This document shows, in pieces, positions 60,864-64,000 of a DNA stretch of 64,000 bases (its first letter is position 1; each line of letters starts with the position of its first letter). Location: positions 4,076-68,075 of the forward strand of contig DAIPIU010000002.1 in NCBI GenBank assembly GCA_036770645.1, written 5' to 3'. The position numbers and the translations under genes were made by a program. The stretch comes from Rubrimonas sp. (lineage in GTDB: Bacteria; Pseudomonadota; Alphaproteobacteria; Rhodobacterales; Rhodobacteraceae). Under the pieces are notes generated by a model. It was not told where the DNA came from. It searched no databases and was given only the letters and a program-made list of their open reading frames with translations.

Positions 60864-61856
60864 TCAGCGCACCTCGGCGAGGTAGCGCTCGCCGAAGGCC
60901 TTCTGGACCTCGGCCATGCGCGCATAGTCGATGGCGCGGGCGCGGGCATAGTCCTGCGGGGGCAGGAACTTCGCGGCGACCTCGGCGGGAAGCTCGATGT
61001 CGCGCGCCGGGCGGAGATAGGCATTGGTCCAGATCGCCTGGCCCTTGTCGGACAGGATGAAGTCGAGCACCCGCTTGCCGGTCTCGGCGTTCGGGGCCCC
61101 GGCGACCAGCCCCATCACATAGGGCACCACCACCGAACCCTCGCAGGGGATCACGAACTCGAAATTCCCGCCTTCGGTGTACTTGGCGCGGTAGGCGTTG
61201 AAGTCGTAGTCGAATAGGATCGGGATCTCGCCCGACACCACGCGGGCATAGCTGGTCTGCTTGGGCACGATCGGGTCGTTGGCCGCGAGTCGCGTGAAAT
61301 ACTCGATCGCCGGCCCGAAATCGTCGAGCGAGCCGCCGAACGCCTCGTTCACGGCGACCGCGCCCGCATAGCCGACGAAGGCCGAGGACGGGTCGAGATA
61401 GCCGACCATGCCGCGGTATTCGGGTTTCGCGAGGTCCGCCCAGCACTGCGGCACCGGCGCGCCGCCGAGCGCGTCGACGTTCACGAACAGGCCCAGCGTG
61501 CCGGAGTGGATGGTGAACCAGCGGCCCTCGGGATCCTTCAGCCCGTCGGGGACCTCGTCGAAGCCCGCGGGCTTGTAGGCCTCGATCACGCCCTCCTCGG
61601 CCGCGGCGATGCCGAAGCTGACGCCGAAATAGGCGACGTCGGCGACCGGGGCGGCGCGTTCGGCGATGAGCTGGCTCAGCGTCTGGCCGGAGTTCTTGTT
61701 GTCGTGGGGGATCTCGACGCCCAGCTCGGTCCTGATCGCGGTCAGCATCGAGGCCCAGTCCGCCCATTCCGGGGGGCAGTTGTAGCAGATGGCGTCGGCG
61801 GCGAGCGCGGGGGCGGCCAGGCTGGCCGCCAGCGCCGCGGCGATGATGCGCTTCAT
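60864..61856 (-). CDS. ABC transporter periplasmic substrate-binding protein (family 1; Fe3+/polyamine/phosphonate-like cluster)
   Basis: 330 aa with signal peptide MKRIIAAALAASLAAPALA. The ATG overlaps the LacI-family gene stop (ATGA). Confidence 0.88.
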   Translation of the reverse strand: MKRIIAAALAASLAAPALAADAICYNCPPEWADWASMLTAIRTELGVEIPHDNKNSGQTLSQLIAERAAPVADVAYFGVSFGIAAAEEGVIEAYKPAGFDEVPDGLKDPEGRWFTIHSGTLGLFVNVDALGGAPVPQCWADLAKPEYRGMVGYLDPSSAFVGYAGAVAVNEAFGGSLDDFGPAIEYFTRLAANDPIVPKQTSYARVVSGEIPILFDYDFNAYRAKYTEGGNFEFVIPCEGSVVVPYVMGLVAGAPNAETGKRVLDFILSDKGQAIWTNAYLRPARDIELPAEVAAKFLPPQDYARARAIDYARMAEVQKAFGERYLAEVR

Positions 61857-62941
61857 GTCGGTCTCTCCTCGGGGGTCTGTCGCAGGGCTCTCTCGGGGGA
61901 AGGTCCGGCCCGGCGTCGGCGCGCCGGTCCCGGACCGGCCGCCGCGGCGAGGGTCTCGCCGGGGCGGAACTGGTGGGGCAGGATCAGCGTCCGCGGCGCG
62001 GGCGCCCGGCCCTCGGCGCGCGCCGCGAGCAGCAGCTCCGCAGCGGCGCGCCCCATCCCGACGGTCGGCGTCGCGACCGTGGCGAGGCTCGGGCGCAGCA
62101 TCGCGCCGACGCCGATGCCGTCGAAGCCGACCACGGCGACGTCGGCGGGCGTCTCGCGCCCCAGCGCGCGCAGGGCGGCGATCACGGCGAGGGCCAGCAT
62201 GTCGTTCGAACAGAACAGCGCGTCCGTGTCCGGCGCGCGGGCGAACAGCGCCGCCAGCGCGCCGCGGTGGTCGTCGTCGGCATAGGACACTTCCACCAGC
62301 GCGGGCGGCGCCGCGCCCGCCGCGGCGAGCGCGGCGGCCAGCCCCTCGAAGCGCTGGCGCGACCGGTCCGAACTGGCGAAGCGCCCCGCGACGAACCCCG
62401 CGCGCCGCCGCCCGGCCGCCAGCAGGGCCGCGGCGACATCGGCCGCGGCGGCGCGGTTGTCGACGCAGACCGCGGGCAGGCCGTCGGATGGCTGGTTGAA
62501 CATCAGCGCGAAGGGCGCGCCCGCCGCACGGGCCAGCGCGACGGCGGCGCTGGCCGCGGCGTCGGCCACGGTCATCAGCAGCCCGTCGATGCGGCGGTCG
62601 ATCAGCGCCTCGACCGCAGCGGCCTCGCGCGCGGCGTCATAGCCCGAGCAGGCGACCAGCACCGTCAGCCCCGCTTCGGCCGCCGCCGCCTCGACCCCCT
62701 CGATCGCCGCGGCGAACACCGGGTTGGCGAAGCTCGGGACCAGCACCCCGATGGCGCCGGACCGCCCGTGGCGAAGCGCGCGTCCCAGCGGATCGATGCG
62801 GAACCCGAGCGTCCGCGCCGCGGCCTCGACGCGCAGCCGCGTCCCGGCGCTGACCGGCCCGCGCCCCGACAGCGCGCGGCTGGCCGTGGCGACCGCGCAG
62901 CCGGCGGTCCGGGCGACATCGGCGATGGTCGGGCGGCGCAT
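61853..62941 (-). CDS. LacI-family transcriptional regulator
   Basis: N-terminal HTH MRRPTIADVARTAGCAVATASRALSG, followed by a periplasmic-binding-like effector domain. It is the first gene of a six-gene minus-strand operon. Confidence 0.9.
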   Translation of the reverse strand: MRRPTIADVARTAGCAVATASRALSGRGPVSAGTRLRVEAAARTLGFRIDPLGRALRHGRSGAIGVLVPSFANPVFAAAIEGVEAAAAEAGLTVLVACSGYDAAREAAAVEALIDRRIDGLLMTVADAAASAAVALARAAGAPFALMFNQPSDGLPAVCVDNRAAAADVAAALLAAGRRRAGFVAGRFASSDRSRQRFEGLAAALAAAGAAPPALVEVSYADDDHRGALAALFARAPDTDALFCSNDMLALAVIAALRALGRETPADVAVVGFDGIGVGAMLRPSLATVATPTVGMGRAAAELLLAARAEGRAPAPRTLILPHQFRPGETLAAAAGPGPARRRRAGPSPERALRQTPEERPT

Positions 62942-62943
62942 GG

Positions 62944-63029
62944 CGGGTTCGTCGGTCCCTCTGGAAACGTTTCCAGACTAAGCCCGTCCTGCGACAGCTT
63001 GATGATATCCGCCCGGGTTCGTCGGTCCC
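62944..63029. repeat. 16-bp perfect direct repeat CGGGTTCGTCGGTCCC (62944-62959 and 63014-63029) bracketing the operator
   Basis: Read directly from the sequence. The 54 bp between the copies are visibly less GC-rich and contain the palindrome. Confidence 0.7.
62960..62977. promoter_or_regulatory. LacI-type operator: perfect 18-bp palindrome TCTGGAAACGTTTCCAGA
   Basis: The perfect inverted repeat has a central CG, as in LacI/GalR-family operators. It lies 19-36 nt upstream of the regulator's ATG. A possible -10 (TATCAT on the minus strand, 63007-63002) lies further upstream. Confidence 0.6.
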
Positions 63030-63454
63030 GGCATGCCGCGCCGCGGCCCCCGCCTTCCCTCCCGCCCGTGCGCATGGTCCCGCCCGCCGGACGGACCGCA
63101 CCACGACGCGATCGGGGTTCGAGGCGGGCCGGGCCGTCGGGTTCCCGCGTCGGCGAACGGGCCGGGTGTCGGACGCCCCGCATCGGGCGCCGCGACCTCG
63201 CATCCGTGCAGGGCGGCGCCGAAAAAGCGCCTCGGCCCGCAATCGGCCCGTCGAAGGTCGCGCAAGAACTCGCGCGCGGGGCAGTCGACCGGACGCCATT
63301 GCGCGACGGGGATCGCAAGCCTCGGCCGCCGGACCGCAAGTCGCGCAGCGCCAGGTCTTTGCTCTTCGGACGGGGTTGCTCGGCCTTCCGATGCCTGCCG
63401 GGCCTTGATCCATGCCGGGTTGGCAGGTAAGCGTGAAGAACTCGTCGTGACCGC

Positions 63455-63530
63455 GCCCCCATAGCTCAGCTGGTAGAGCAAGAAATTTGTAATTTCGAGG
63501 TCGGGAGTTCGAGTCTCTCTGGGGGCGCCA
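63455..63530 (+). tRNA. tRNA-Thr (anticodon UGU)
   Basis: A 76-nt cloverleaf folded by hand. Acceptor GCCCCCA/TGGGGGC. D arm GCTC-AGCTGGTA-GAGC. Anticodon loop TTTGTAA. T arm GGGAG-TTCGAGT-CTCTC. Discriminator G with encoded CCA. Confidence 0.92.
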
Positions 63531-63602
63531 CGCGCGCGCGTCATGGCGCGGGCGGGATGAGGGTTCGGGTCCGACGCGCGCCGACGCCGGGGCGCGCTGC
63601 GG

Positions 63603-64000
63603 TCAGCCTGCGGCCAGCGCCGGGCCGGAGGCGTTCGCGGCAGGCGGCACCCCTTGCAGCGCGGCGGGCAGGGTGAAGCGGAAATCCGCGCCGCCGCCGC
63701 GCGCCTCGGTGATCCAGATGCGCCCGCCATGGTGGTCGACGATCATGCGCGCGATGGCCAGCCCGAGGCCGGTGCCGGTGGGGTTGCCGCCCTCGCTCGG
63801 GGCCTGGTGGAAGCGGTCGAACACGAGGTCGCGCTGGGCGGGCGCGACGCCCTTGCCGTTGTCGGCGACGCTGACCAGCCACAGGCCCGGCGCCTCGCCC
63901 AGTTCGATGCGCACGAGGCCGTCGTCCCTGCGGGCGAACTTGCGGGCGTTCGAGACGAGGTTGACGATCACCTGCAGCAGCCGGTCCCGGTCGCCCGAGA
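63603..64000 (-). CDS. Sensor histidine kinase, C-terminal HATPase_c part (5' end lies outside the window)
   Basis: N box DRLLQVIVNLVSNARKF, G1 ADNGKGV, F box FDRF, G2 GTGLGLAI. The frame stays open to the window edge. Confidence 0.8.
   Translation of the reverse strand, partial: SGDRDRLLQVIVNLVSNARKFARRDDGLVRIELGEAPGLWLVSVADNGKGVAPAQRDLVFDRFHQAPSEGGNPTGTGLGLAIARMIVDHHGGRIWITEARGGGADFRFTLPAALQGVPPAANASGPALAAG

Noticed and set aside
62944-63029. Direct repeats as target-site duplications of a mobile element or MITE
   Set aside because: The bracketed 54 bp have no terminal inverted repeats other than the operator palindrome. There is no transposase or integrase anywhere in the window, and a 16-bp duplication is atypically long. 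It is kept only as a curiosity.
62978-63730. A 250-aa minus-strand ORF and a 143-aa plus-strand ORF in the tRNA region
   Set aside because: One reads straight through the tRNA-Thr gene and the other ends inside it. Both translate to Arg/Pro/Ala-rich low-complexity sequence.

Overview
The window is a very GC-rich, gene-dense chromosomal segment that looks alphaproteobacterial, probably Rhodobacterales-like. Supporting genes are a Rhodobacter-type porin, GapR/DUF2312, a Suv3-like helicase, an alpha/plant-type GshA and a zf-CHCC protein. I support about 58 protein genes and one tRNA-Thr(UGU). I saw no rRNA, CRISPR array, transposase, integrase or phage genes. Most content is housekeeping: rpmI-rplT, efp/epmA, typA, pheT, gshA, ubiA and rRNA methyltransferases. 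Ion homeostasis is represented by a seven-gene Mrp antiporter and KtrAB. Many neighbouring genes overlap by ATGA/GTGA, which suggests translational coupling. The stand-out region is 18982-31209. It holds a TE-less, fully reducing single-module type I PKS (KS-AT-DH-spacer-ER-KR-ACP). The PKS stop overlaps the start of an alpha-oxoamine synthase (AONS). Upstream lie a leaderless PhnD-like binding-fold protein and a His-box membrane desaturase. A divergent XRE regulator and a PagL-like outer-membrane protein flank the cluster. This logic predicts a long-chain amino-keto or amino-alcohol (sphingoid-like) lipid or signal, and I cannot tie it to a characterised bacterial pathway. Other modules worth a look are an AcoR-type activator with a perfect sigma-54 promoter driving an NTF2-fused flavin monooxygenase, a LacI-controlled ABC importer plus metallophosphodiesterase operon with a perfect 18-bp operator palindrome, and a DUF3302/HlyD-like (YibI/YibH-type) pair. 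All homology calls are motif recognition by eye; no searches or computations were run. Because of the GC content, the ORF track contains many long spurious antisense frames.
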